This document shows, piece by piece, positions 1 to 12,430 of a stretch of 64,000 nt of DNA; position 1 is the first letter of the stretch; the number at the start of each line of letters is the position of its first letter. The DNA is from Utricularia gibba (lineage: Eukaryota; Plantae; Magnoliophyta). The notes below the pieces were generated by a model, which had not been told where the DNA came from, did not search any database, and saw only the letters and a program-made list of their open reading frames with translations. Made by a program: the position numbers and the translations under genes. Where the stretch lies: contig NEEC01000013.1 of the NCBI GenBank assembly GCA_002189035.1, positions 806,001 through 870,000 of the forward strand, in the 5' to 3' direction.

Positions 1-28
1 TGGACTATCATCATTCTCTATTGCAACC

Positions 29-928
29 TTGGAGCAAATGATTCAGAAATTTCTTGATCGATATGCGCCCCTAGGAAGAGCATCTGCCGGAAAAAGAGCT
101 TTAGCCACCATGCTACAAAGCGAAGGAGAGAATTTACAGAAGTATTATGACAAATTCAACCGGATTTGTAGCACTTATCCACAGCATGGACTTACTGAAG
201 GTCAAATTTTACAGCATTTTTACGAAGGACTAACCCCTATGATCAGAGGACAAATGGGTGCCGCTTGTAATGGGACATTACTAGAGAATCGCCATAGCGC
301 TGATGCTCGAAGATTGATAGAACAAATGGTTGCCAACTCTTATTCTACTTCCAGCTGTTATGATTACTCATACCAAGCACTTGGAGGAATTTCTCAGCCT
401 GTAAAATCAGTGCACGATGTGAAAAATTCTGAAGTTTTAGCTCAACTTGCTGCTATGAGTAATACCTTGAAGCTTGGCTTCCAATCACTTCTCCAACAAC
501 AAGGAAGGTATCAAGGATCTTCAATTTCTTATCTTTCTGATCCACGACCTATGATACATGAAATGCCAGTAGAAGAGGTGAATGCATTCTACCAGAACCA
601 AGGAGGAGCCTACAATTACGGAAACTACCAAATGCATAGAAGAGATCACCCTATTTTCCGTTGGAGACAACCAGTACCTCTTGGTCAAGCCCCATCACTA
701 GGGAACCCTTCTTCTGTTTCTCAGAAAACTCTCACTGCTCCACCTCAACCTTTGCAAATCACTGGAGTTCTAGATCAACCTCTTGTTCATTATCAGCCAA
801 ATCATAATTTGGAGTTCATGGTGAAGTCCCTTGCCAAGAGCACCACCAAGATATATGCCGCACAAAAGACATGGATGGATGAATTACAAGCATGCAAACC
901 CAAATCACCTAGTTGGTACAAGCCATGA
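29..928 (+). pseudogene. Retrotransposon gag fragment
   Basis: EGENLQKYYDKFNRICSTYPQHG...QHFYEGL is typical of the retrotransposon gag domain; followed by stop and frameshift. Confidence 0.85.
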
Positions 929-1213
929 ACCGACTGGAGACGCAAGGAGCACTACCATCCCAACCAGTGAAGAAGTCAGAACACATAAATGCAATATCTT
1001 GGATGATGACGATGACGTAGATGAGGAGATTATTTTAGAGAATCCTGATGATTCTCCAGTCCATAACACTGATGTACCGACGCCACATGAGAAAGTGAAG
1101 GAGAAGGAGAACAAGAAGTTGATCAACCCAAGTCTCTAGTCATTCCACCTCCTTTTCCTACGAGACTTCGAAGGAAGAACAAGGACAAACGTGGACTGAA
1201 AGCATTCCTGGAG

Positions 1214-1777
1214 GTGATGAAGAAGGTTAATGTGAAGATTACCTTGCTGGACATGATTGATCAAGTGCCGAAATACGCAAAAATGTTGAAGGACTTGTGT
1301 GACCCCAAGAAGAAGGCAAAAGTGGAAGAGGTAATCTCTTTGACTAAAAATATTTCAGCAATTATTCAGAGAAGGCTTCCACGAAAGTATATGGATTCAG
1401 GTATGTTTTCCATACCTGTTACTATTGATGAGACCAAAATTTCTATTGCCATGTGTGATTTAGGAGCATCGGTTAATGTTATACCTAAGTCCCTTTACCT
1501 TTCTCTTGCATCTAAGCTAGTTAAATTTGAGTCTACTAGTATTGTCTGTCAATTAGTTGATAGATCACATGTGAAGCCTTATGATAGATTTGATGATGTG
1601 TTTGTACATGTTAAAGATTTGATTTTCTCTACTAACTTTTTAGTTATCCCCATGGAAAGCGAAAATCCCATGATTTCGGAGTGCATCATTTTGGGAAAAT
1701 CGTTTATGGCTACTATAGGCACCAAAATTGATGTCCAAGCGGCACAATTTCCCTATAGTTCGATGGATAGGGTCTAG
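1214..1777 (+). pseudogene. Retrotransposon aspartic protease fragment
   Basis: VPKYAKMLKDL, DSGMFSIPVTI, CDLGASVNVIP motifs. Confidence 0.88.
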
Positions 1778-2399
1778 ATTTCAGCCTAGACAAAACCATG
1801 CAATATCCGGATCAAATTAACGAGATATGCTCAATATCTACATTTGATGTAGATGTGGAACACTTAGCGATGGTTCATGAGCAAGATCCCTTGCTCAAAT
1901 GCCTTAATGAAAACTTTGATTCTGATCGTATTTCTTTTTCTTATTTTGAACTTTTAAGTTATCTTTATCATTTTCCTAAAAAACTTGAATTTTCTGAAGT
2001 CGCTTTTCTGAGTTTAGAAATGCCTGAGAAACTGTTGATTCCTTATGTTATTCATGCCTCATTACTAGAGTTAAAAACTCTGCTTGAGCATGTGAAGTAT
2101 TTATTTTTGGGCGAGAATGAGACATTACCTGTTATTATCTGTATTACACTAACCTTGGAACAGGAGGAAAAGCTCAGGGGTGTGCTCCAGAAGCAAGCAA
2201 TTGGGTGGACATTGGCAGATATCAAAGGAATAAGCCCCTCCATATGCACTCACCGTATTTATTTGGAGGAGAAAACAAAGCCAATTCGCCAACCCTAGAG
2301 GTGAACCCTCCAATGATTGAGGTGGTCAAGAAGGAGTTTTTGAAGTTATTGGCCGTATGCATAATCTATCCTATTTAAGATAGTGAGTGGGTTAGCCTT

Positions 2400-3662
2400 G
2401 TGCTGGTTGTCCCAAAGAAAACAGATATCACAGTCATGGCCAATGACCAAGGGGAACTCCTACCTACCAGAGTGCAGAATGGCTGGCGAATGTGCGTAGA
2501 TTACCGAAAACTGAACGCAGCCACCAAGAAGGACCACTATCTACTTCCATTCATTGACCAAATGATGGAAAGACTCGCTGGAAGAAGCCACTACTACTAC
2601 TTAGATGGATACTCCGGTTTCCATCAAATATCCGTGGCTCTTGAAGACCAATCTAAGGTTGTTTTTGTTTGCCCTTTTGGAACTTTTGCATACCATCAAA
2701 TGTCTTTTGGAGTTTCCAATGCACCAGCAACATTTCAGAGATGCATGGTTAGTATTTTTTCTGAATATGTTGAGAATATTATTGAGGTTTTTATAGATGA
2801 CTTTACGGTTTATGGAAATAGTTTTGATGAATGTCTTGTTAATTTGTCATTAATTTTGAATCGTTGTGTTGAGACTAACCTTGTTTTGAATTATGAGAAA
2901 TGTCATTTCATGGTAGAACAAGGTATCATTTTAGGACATGTTGCTTCCCAAAAGGGAATTGAAGTTGACAAGGCCAAAATTGAGGTAATCCAAAAATTAC
3001 CTTATCCAACTTATGTAAGAGATATACGTTCTTTCCTTGGACATGCTGGATTTTACCGTAGATTTACTCAAAATTTTTCGAAAATTGCATCTCCTCTGTG
3101 TGCCTTGTTACATAAGGATGTTAAGTTTCATTTTGATGAAAAATGCATGCATGCATTTGATGTTTTGAAAGAGAATCTTGTTTCAGCTCCCATTATCCAG
3201 GCTTCAAATTGGAGTCTACCGTTTGAATTAATGTGTTATGCAAGCGATGTAGCTCTAGGTGCAATTTTGGGACAAAAGGTGGAAAAACCATCCCATGTTA
3301 TCCACTATGCGTCCAAGTGCCTTAATGATGTCCAAAAGAGCTACACCACTACAGAAAAGGAGCTGATGGCCATTGTGTTTGCCTTGGAGAAATTTCGATG
3401 TTACTTGCTAGGAGTCAAAGTGATAGTTTATTCGGACTATGCCGCCTTGAGATATCTCCTCACCAAGAAGGATTCGAAGCCTAGACTCATTAGATGGATT
3501 TTATTGCTTCAAGAATTCGACTTAGAAATCAAGGACAAGAAAGGATGCGAGAATCTAGTAGCAGACCATCTCAGCTGCATCACTTTTGGAGAAAAATCGA
3601 GTCTGATCGATGACAGCTTCCCGGATGAATACCTATTCACGATCCATGATGAGAGTCCCTAG
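2400..3662 (+). pseudogene. Reverse transcriptase / RNase H fragment
   Basis: 420-aa ORF with [42 protein letters not shown] and ADHLS motifs; ends at a premature stop. Confidence 0.93.
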
Positions 3663-4300
3663 TATGCTGACATCGTAAATTTTTTAGTGACTGGACAGTT
3701 TCCTGTAGGTTTCTAGTACTACAAAAAGGAGAAATTGAGTGACAACCTGAATTTCATCTGGGACGATCCATATCTCTGGAAAATTGGCACTGATCAAATT
3801 ATTAGGAGATGCATCCCCAAGATGAAGTGCACTCTATTCTTTCACATTGTCATGAGCTACCTTGCAGTGGACACTTTGGTGCAAAAGTCACTGCAAAGAA
3901 TGTTCTCGAGGCTGGATTTTATTGGCTTACCATATTCAAGGATGCCTACCTTCATTACAAGGCGTGTCTGAATTGTCAAAGAAGTGGAAATTTGGGATAT
4001 AAAGATCAAATGCCCTTTCAACCCATTATCATGTGTGAGATCTTTGATGCATGAGGCATTGACTGTATGGGACCATTTCTCACTTCTCAAGGGAAGCTCT
4101 ACATGCTTCTTGCTGTAGATTATGTTTCTAAATGAGTGGAAGCCATTGCTTGTGAAAGAGATGATGCCAAAACCGTGAGTCATTTCTTAACTAACCTCTT
4201 ATTTCCTAGGTTTGGACATCCCAAGATTATTATTTCAGATTGTGGCACCCATTTTGTGAATCATGCCATCAAGAGTGCCCTTGCTAAGTATGGAGTCAAT

Positions 4301-5606
4301 GCAGATCTTGGAATACGGTATACATCAGATAAATGGATGTTCAAAATACCTTTTAGATGACTCCGTTTTTCACCAACCGCCAATAGCAGACAGGCCTCTA
4401 TGGTATCCACACGTGGAGCACTCCGTCGATAACCTTCTCAACGCTCCTGAATGCTGGTCGAATTTCTCAGGTGCTAGTAGAGAAAAACGCCTCCTTGTGG
4501 ATCAGTCTTAGAGAACACGAAGACCTTGGAGCAGATCTCAAGATCTAAATCTTTTTTAGAGATATTTTGTGACATATCAAATCAAATCTCCACAAAGATC
4601 TCATCTTGTGGAGATATGTATATGTTCCAAATCTATACAAGATCTTTTATTTTGAGTTTAATCAATATTAATCTCAAAATAACTCTCTATTTAATTTATC
4701 CACTTTATCAATTACATCTCATGTAATTGTGTCATTCTATTTTATATCGATGAGTGACTCTATTATTGTGTGTGACTCTATCGACTTCTTCAATCAAGAA
4801 CATAATAATAGATTTATTAATTAACTCTTAATTAATCAAATCCATAATTATCAATCATGAGTGATGTCTAGCGACATATCACGATCCCCAAGATGTAAGA
4901 TTAATTAGGTGAACTGATTGAGCCTTTCTATGATCATCCATCATGCAATAAACAGCTTTCATCATACTTATATCTTATTCGATAGCAGAATATGGGTGTG
5001 TGTCAAGGTAAACATCAAAGGATAAGATTCGCCAATGAATTAAAGAAAGACACACACTCATGATCGATAATGATGGATTTGATTAATTAAGAGTTAATTA
5101 ATAAATCTATTATTATGTTCTTGATTGAAGAAACCTATAGAGTCACACACAATAATAGAGTCACTCATCGATATAAAATAGAATGACACAATTACATGAG
5201 ATGTAATTGATAAAGTGGATAAATTAAATAGAGAGTTATTTTGAGATTAATATTGATTAAACTCAAAATAAAAGATCTTGTATAGATTTAGAACATATAC
5301 ATATCTCCACAAGATGAGATCTTTGTGGAGATTTGATTTGATATGTCACAAAATATCTCTAAAAAAGATTTAGATCTTGAGATCTGCTCCAAGGTCTTCG
5401 TGCTCTCTGAGACTAATCCACAAGGGGCGATTTTCTCCTGAGAAATTCGACCGGCATTCAGGAGCGTTGAGAAAGTTATCGACGGAGTGCTTCACGTGTG
5501 GATACCATAGAGGTCGTCTGCTATTGACGGTTGGTGAACAACGGAGTGCGCTGAAAGGTATTTTCAGCATCCCCTTATCTGATGTATACCATATTCCAAG
5601 ATCTGC
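4301..5606. repeat. Long inverted repeat (arms 4301-4863 and 5055-5606, ~190-bp spacer) made of LTR sequence
   Basis: gcagatcttggaatacggtatacatc (4301) is the reverse complement of gatgtataccatattccaagatctgc (to 5606, 1 mismatch); complementarity continues inward to ...catgagtg (4863) / cactcatg (5055). Confidence 0.97.
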
Positions 5607-5679
5607 GTTTTGGGTTTCTCAAAAATTTTTAAATTCCGTTGCTTTTGTGACATACGATATCTACGAGAAAGCCAACAAT
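5055..5679 (+). mobile_element. 3' part of an LTR (copia-type, possibly Angela-like), ending ...gccaaca
   Basis: Homologous to the 55625-56798 fragment, whose reverse strand begins tgttagtgtatgtgttctagagac. Ends in CA directly against MULE coding sequence. Clade assignment is from memory. Confidence 0.65.
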
Positions 5680-6720
5680 AATTCGTTGCCTCATTGACTA
5701 CAACTACAATTGTACTTAATTTACTATCAATATCTCTTTCCACAAACGGTCTCACTATGTTGGTGATATACCTAACTTTAATATTTCGATAATCAAAATA
5801 GATTGGATCATCCCAACTAGACCTGAGCATGGGTATGGGTCAACCCGAGTTACCCGTGAGTCAACCCGTATGGAATGAATACGAGTTACTCGTACTCGTG
5901 AAAAACAAGTATGAGTTGAGTTCGCGATTTTCGACTCGGTGAGTTACTCGAGTAACTCATGAAAGAATAAATGATTTATATTTTAAATTATTCATTTTTT
6001 AATTTAATTTTTATATTTTTTTATTTAATATTTATAATTTGATACTAACTAACTTCAACTATATTATATATCACAAGTCCCAAATATCATAAAATACGAA
6101 GGAAACTTTATTACATTTTTTGAAATCAAATATCCAATAATTAAATAGATTATATATAAATAAAAACATTACTACATAATGAAAAAAGTAACTGAAAAAT
6201 AGAATAATTATATAAAAAAAATAAGATAAAATACGGGTTGACGAGTTCATACTCGGGTCAACTTAACGAGTCAACGGGTAATGAGTTAATTCGGGTATGA
6301 TACGAGTTGGGGGTGAAAACCCATCAACCTGTCAACTCGTGAACCCATAATAGGGCCATGACTCAATGAGTCATACTCGTTACTCGGCGAGTCCCGACCC
6401 ATGCCCAGGTCTAATCCCAACTACAAGTGTGAGGTAATTCCACTATATTAACTTTCCATTGATCATGTCTTTTATAGTAGTCACCATGAATCCTCTATTA
6501 GCATCCTTGTTCTCTGCGTTGTTTGCAACGTAAATCCAAAACATTAGGCTTTGAATCATTAACATAGAAATCTTTACCGATTTTGATTGAATACTCCAGC
6601 ACTACGCTATGAAAGTCCTCCTTATTTTCGAAAAAATGGCCTTAAGCAATTGGGCATTCAATCTTATCGAATTCTGAAAAATTATCCTCATCCTCTTCAT
6701 CTTCATCAAAATATAGATTG
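5680..6720 (-). pseudogene. MuDR/MULE transposase N-terminal remnant, split by a MITE
   Basis: Minus strand reads GHFFENKEDFHSVVLEYSI...RCK...GC**RIHG...WKVNIVELPHTC, then past the MITE SWDDPIYFDYRNIKVRYITNIV; matches the MuDR N-terminal pattern. Confidence 0.8.
5818..6413. mobile_element. hAT-type non-autonomous element (MITE), 596 bp
   Basis: TIRs tagacctgagcatgggt / acccatgcccaggtcta; exact 8-bp TSD atcccaac (5810-5817, 6414-6421); subterminal actcg/cgagt and acccg/cgggt motif arrays; AT-rich core. Confidence 0.95.
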
Positions 6721-8254
6721 TAATTTGGATCCCATTTTCCTTGATTACCAACATTAGGACCGGAAATTACTTACGATCCTAATGCTCCGTATGAGTTTTA
6801 TGGGTAAACCGTGCCCATATGGTTTTATTATATATATATATACACATAACTTAATTGGTATGTTTTATTTTTATTAAATCCATGGATCAAAATGAATAAA
6901 ATGCATTAATTTTATTTATTATAAATTAACAAAAAATTTAAAAAAAAGGATGGGTAGATTTATTATACACTCACACATAGTGAATAGATTTCTAAATCCA
7001 TGTTTTGACAATGGATATAATTCTAATAAACTCTGATACATTATGCTACTAATATGACATTTATTAAGCTTGTGTTCTACAAAAAATTTATTTCTGATTT
7101 CTCATTCTCAAAAATATAAATTATTGGTTTTAAAGACATGACACAAAAGTGTAAATTGAAGGGATTGTGTTTTAATGAAAGTTGTATATTTATACAACCC
7201 TAGTTCATTCATGACTAAATCTCCTCCTCAAAATCTAAGAAATTTTAAGTTATTTTGAAAACTACTCACTACAAAAAATATTCTTTAAAAAATTACTTTG
7301 CATAAATTATATATGCTCAAATTTAAAAAAACTATCCCTTTCCAATTTGTATATAAATATACAAGTATCATAATTATAATTTTTTCATATACAATAATGA
7401 TGTTCAGAGAAATGAATTCTAAATAATTTTTTAATAATGTTTATAGAAATTATTTTTATTTTGTGAAATCTATGTAATATTAAAAGTATTTAAATAAAAA
7501 TTATTCATTATAAAAAAGGATTGATTATTATTATTAAAGAATAATAATATATTACTTATTTAAAATAAGTATTTACAAAGATTTTTTTCATTAGTTTAGA
7601 CAATTTATATTTTTTTTAAATGAAATATAAGTAGAACTTATGTTATATAAATTAATTTAGATGAAATTTAGTAATAAAATAAAAATTATTCTGTATTTTA
7701 AAGCATTAATTAATTTTTCACAATTTTTATTATTAAATATTTTATTTATTCATATTTACAAAATTCATATTTTCAAATATTTTGAAACTTAAATATATTC
7801 GCAATTAACGAAAAATACCTTCCATGCGAAGTATGTATATTCGCTCAAATAGAAATTTTCATTAGTAAAATGATAGTATCATCATTGTAATTGCCGATTA
7901 CATCCACTATGTGAATGATAATTTAAAACCAAAAAATCACCACAATAAGTGAATTGCACGGGCAATGTCTATTATTTTTTTAAAATATCATTATTTTAAA
8001 TAAAAAATACTTGACTAAATATTTTTTAAAATATTATATTTAGTAATTTAATTTTTCAAGAATAAATTAGTTTGTTAGACATTAATAAAATTAAATAAAT
8101 CAAATGCATAAAAATCTGTAATAATTGTTATTTATAATGCCAATTCATTTAGTTGAATTATTTTATTAAAAGAATGAATATGTGATATATTTTCAGAAAA
8201 AATCCATTCGAACATCACATGTTATTTGGATCGAATGAATATTCTTTGAATGCC

Positions 8255-8610
8255 TATTTTTTTATTTTAAATTTATATTATACATCATTCTATCCTTATG
8301 TGGTAATTGAATCAAGTGACTTTTATTTGATTTTAAATTTGTATTATGCATCACCTCATATTTAATTGTTATTTGGATCAATCATTTATTTTTTTATTTT
8401 AAATTTGTATTTCACATCACCCACTTTTAAAATATTGTTGAATCAATTGTCTATTTTTTATTTTAAATTTGTATTATGAATCACTAATACTATAGTATTA
8501 TTTGAATCTAATATCTATTTTTTATTCTAAATTTGTACTATGTATTACTTGATCCTAAATGTATTATTAGGATTGAGTGTTTATTTTTTTATTTTATATT
8601 TGTGTTGCGC
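8255..8610. repeat. Degenerate tandem minisatellite, ~65-bp unit, ~6 copies
   Basis: Core tttttattttaaatttgtattatgcatca recurs near 8260, 8325, 8390, 8455, 8520 and 8585. Confidence 0.8.
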
Positions 8611-11169
8611 ATGATTTTTTATATATATGCACAACATTTTTTTATTATTTCTTTGAATTATGTATAGGATTGTTTAGCTAATATTTATCACATAGAATTT
8701 TAAAATAAAAATTGTGCATTGTTGTGCAATCCGGATAGTTGCATATTGATTATTTTCCTAAAAAATCATTTTTTTGGTTATCATGCATAATAAAAAAAGA
8801 TAGATTAAAATACTTTTATTAAAGATATGAAAAATTTCATATTTATAATTTTAGAAGAAAAAACATAAAGGAAAAAAAAAAATTCATACATGAATGCAAA
8901 TTGCTTAAAAAAATCTAAAATATGTTGCAAACTAAATAAGAAGAATGAATGCAAATTGCTTATATGTTGTAAACTAAATACATAATGTTGCAAATTGCTT
9001 AAAAAAAATACTCATACATGAATGTGTAAGGTGTTAATTTTGATAGTTAATTTAAAATAATGAATCAAAGTTAATTAATATAATTAAAAATAATCAAATA
9101 ATTTTGTACTAAAAAAAGAATTCATTTTAACTTTTTGATGGTATATTTTCATGTGCACATTGTGAATACAACTATCTCTCGATATAGTTCTCTATGATGG
9201 TATATCACAAAATATCTCATTTATATCGAAGATAATCAATTTCCTTTTAATTGACATGTCATTGTGGATCATTTCAATTGATACCACCAATTCATGAAAT
9301 GTTAAAGTCTTTTAACGTTGTACATCGATGTCTTCTAGGTCTTGCTCTTCCTCTTCTATAACTTTATCGTCATACTTTGATACATTATGTCTTAGTGTTC
9401 TACATTAAAATTTTTTCATTCTAGGAATTTCTAGAAATCAAGACTCAATATCTTAAAATGAAACTTTACTACTATCGAACAAATTCAAATAGCAGCTTTT
9501 TTGTTCTACATTTAAAAAAGTAATACTTATATTGAATGAATAAAATTTAAATACAAATAATAAATAAAGTAAATTTAAGTCAATGCAAATTAATTAAAAA
9601 AATATACAATTATCAAGCAAAACAAGAAAAATATAAAAAATTGAAATTACCTACAAATAACTAATTTTCTCAAAAAAAAATCAAACGAAGTTCCAATTGT
9701 AAAAGTATTTATACCAAAATGAAATAATGCTTAACAAAGAAATTTTGCCTTTTGGATTGTTTATGTCATATCTTCTTACGATCGTTTGTAGAAAATCAAG
9801 TCAATGATTACACATTAATGCAACCCATATAAAGGATACCCTCCGATCATCCTATCCGTTTCGTAAACTACATATAAACTTAGTACCAAGCTTTTATCGA
9901 GATATATAGCTATTGGTTTTTTTTTTCTATAAGCATACATAGAAATAACAAAAAAATATCAAGATAAAGAGATATGTTTTGCTCATTGCAAATTTGAATT
10001 GGACTAATAGAACAATAATACAATGAATGTTTGAAAAAATTAATGATAAGATTGGTTAGCATAATCTGCAACAAAAATATTCAGTAGAAATAGTCATACC
10101 ATTAGTATCGACACATTTTGGTAATCTGTCATTAATCTTCTTAGCAACCATTTTGTTGAACATTTTGTATTCACTCACAACATCAAAACACATCTTAATT
10201 TTAAGAAGTATTCATTAATCTATTTATTCTAGGAGTCATAAGTAATAGAAGAGAACATTCAAAGTAATTTGAACAATCATTATAATACATTTATATGTAA
10301 GAGAATAATATTTCGGAAAATTATTCTTGAAATAAATTATTTTTTTTATTTCATGAAGTCAATTTTGGAATCACATTCCAATTGTTCATCAAATCTGCAA
10401 ATTTTTGTTCCCAATAACATTGAATTGCTAATTTTGAAAAATCATTAAAAAAACTAGTAAAAAAATTACAATGCACAAGAACTTCGTGGAGTGTGAATTA
10501 TTGAGAATTTATACTTATTGTAATCGCTCAATTGCAACGAAGAGTAGCCCTTAAAAAACCCTACATAACATAATCCTAATTCGTAATTATTCAATTAAAT
10601 TATGATTTTTTAAGGGTAAAAATATGTAGATATTAAATATTACTCATACATTTAAAAATATAAAAAAAAAAAGTTTTCAAACTACCATATATTATTGGAA
10701 ATCAAAGCAACACTTCAAAAGAAAATATTGTCCTGAGTGCTTTTAAATTTTTCAAAAAGCCTAAAAATCTATTTTTTCATAATATAATGTGTTTTCAATC
10801 ATCGCATGTTTTGAATTTATTTTTTGCACCTCGTCAATAATTTTTTTCAGATAATTATATTTAAGCAACACAACAAGATTCATCAACATTGAATTATCAA
10901 ATTACAATCTTGTCTTTTTCTTTGATTAATGATTATACATAAGGTAGAGTACAATTGTCTTTAACACGATTGATTTTTGTCTGAAGATTTAATATAATGT
11001 TTTTGTTATTTTAAAACTATCAAATTCAGATATAATATTTTTTACATTAAATATGTAATAATCATAACCTAGATTGAATACCAATTGCATTTTTATTATT
11101 TGAAGCTAAATTTTTATTCTAATTACATATTTTACATTTTGTATAGTCATGATATGCGAACATCACAAA

Positions 11170-11410
11170 GAAATCAATTGCAAATAGAGAATCCATGCTG
11201 CTTGCCTTAAAAGGATCGAGGAGTGGAAAATTACTGTGCACACCGTGACACGTGAAGACGATTCAGTGTCGGTATTTTCCAACACAAAAATGTTAATTTT
11301 GGATATATTGCAAAGATAGCGAAATCATTTGTAAAGACATATACAAGTGCAAAAGTGGTGATAGTAAATACTGTTTTTGAAACTGCTACTGGTTATAGAA
11401 TCTTGTATCA
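11170..11410 (+). pseudogene. Second MuDR/MULE transposase remnant
   Basis: CK*RIHAACLKRIEEWKITVHT followed, after a frameshift, by FQHKNVNFGYIAKIAKSFV; same region as the 5680-6720 remnant. Confidence 0.65.
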
Positions 11411-11448
11411 TCATGTATTATATAGGCTACATAAAGCGTAGCCTATAT

Positions 11449-12430
11449 AGGTCGCAACACAAATCCCAAGGAGCCGAATATGAACAATGTGATGGCAGAG
11501 GATGAGACAGAAGTCTGAAAATGAGTACACACAAAATCCAAGGAAGAGGAAAAAGGGGATTTTGGACAAAAAGAGGGAAAAGTTGGAGAGATAAGGTAGA
11601 TCTCCCCTATTGGAGACTCACGACGTGATTTCTGGAGAAGGTTTTCTAGGGGAAGAAGAAGGAAGACGAATAGGAATTAAGCTGATGCTTGAAGATTATT
11701 TTCTGTTTTCCAAACATTATTGCTCTTAGCTAAGAATAGCTAGCGACATTTCCCGCTTTCTGTTGAAGTTTTAAGTTTCATGCTTGTTTATTTTTTGCTA
11801 GTCGATTGAAGGATGAGTACATTGTGGATGATGTTTTCTTTTCTATTTTCGTTTATCTTAAGCATGAGTGGCTAAGTACTTAGGAGGTGTCTTGGGGTGA
11901 AAGGGGAAGAAATGTGCTAATCAATCTTAGACCTAATCAGCCATAAGTCACGCCACTTCCTTAACAAACCAGGATAGATCCAGGAAGGGTAAGTAGTGAA
12001 ACCTAACTTAACAACCCTAATTAGAGGTAGACCAAAGATTAGGGGAAAAACAAGAATCTTGGTAGACCTAGATTTTTGTGTATTAGTTGTATAATTTATG
12101 ATTTGTATGAGCTTGTTTAATAATAAGCATACATCCCTAAGAGTCCCAAGGCATCATCCATTTCATTCCAGAAACAACCGAGCTCCAAAACTTATTACTT
12201 TTCTTTACTGTATTCCATTATAATTCTGTCTTAGTCCTAGTTAAGACCAATTCTATCGACGTGACATTGATTTCATACATTAACTTTCACATAGCAGGCA
12301 TCTAGCTCCTTATGTTCGACCCTAGTCCACTATACTCATATTTTTCATATGATTTGATGTGAATTAGGTTTATAAATTTTATTTGATAGGAGAAATTTGC
12401 AATTACTTTTCACTAATTTTTCGTTTATCA
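11449..12430 (+). mobile_element. 5'-truncated LTR (Athila-like), same family as 52938-54056
   Basis: Reverse-complement match to 52938-53870 (e.g. aggtcgcaacac.aatcccaaggagccgaatatg; ttaagcatgagtggctaagtac); ends aatttttcgtttatca. Confidence 0.85.

Larger units (their letters stand above)
1..4300 (+). mobile_element. Degenerate Ty3/gypsy LTR retrotransposon, Athila-like internal region (gag-PR-RT-RH-IN), truncated inside integrase
   Basis: Domains in gypsy order: gag, protease (AMCDLGASVN), RT ([26 protein letters not shown]; EVFIDDF), RNase H ([19 protein letters not shown]), integrase (HFGAKVT..CLNCQR; GIDCMGPF; IISDCGTHF). Multiple stops and frameshifts; breaks after KYGVN at 4300. Confidence 0.93.

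Noticed and set aside
4263-5830. Several ORFs with mirrored peptides (RPLWYPHV.HSVDN.LNAPEC)
   Set aside because: They are by-products of the LTR inverted repeat, not genes.
8255-9020. Repeat arrays as a CRISPR-like locus
   Set aside because: Degenerate tandem units with no unique spacers, in plant nuclear context with no cas genes.
9150-10560. Possible decayed MULE companion ORF (DUF1985/PMD-like) on the minus strand
   Set aside because: Only faint motifs (e.g. YPLYGL) amid many stops; not enough to call.
11419-11470. Hairpin as a Helitron 3' terminus
   Set aside because: No CTRR terminus follows on either strand.
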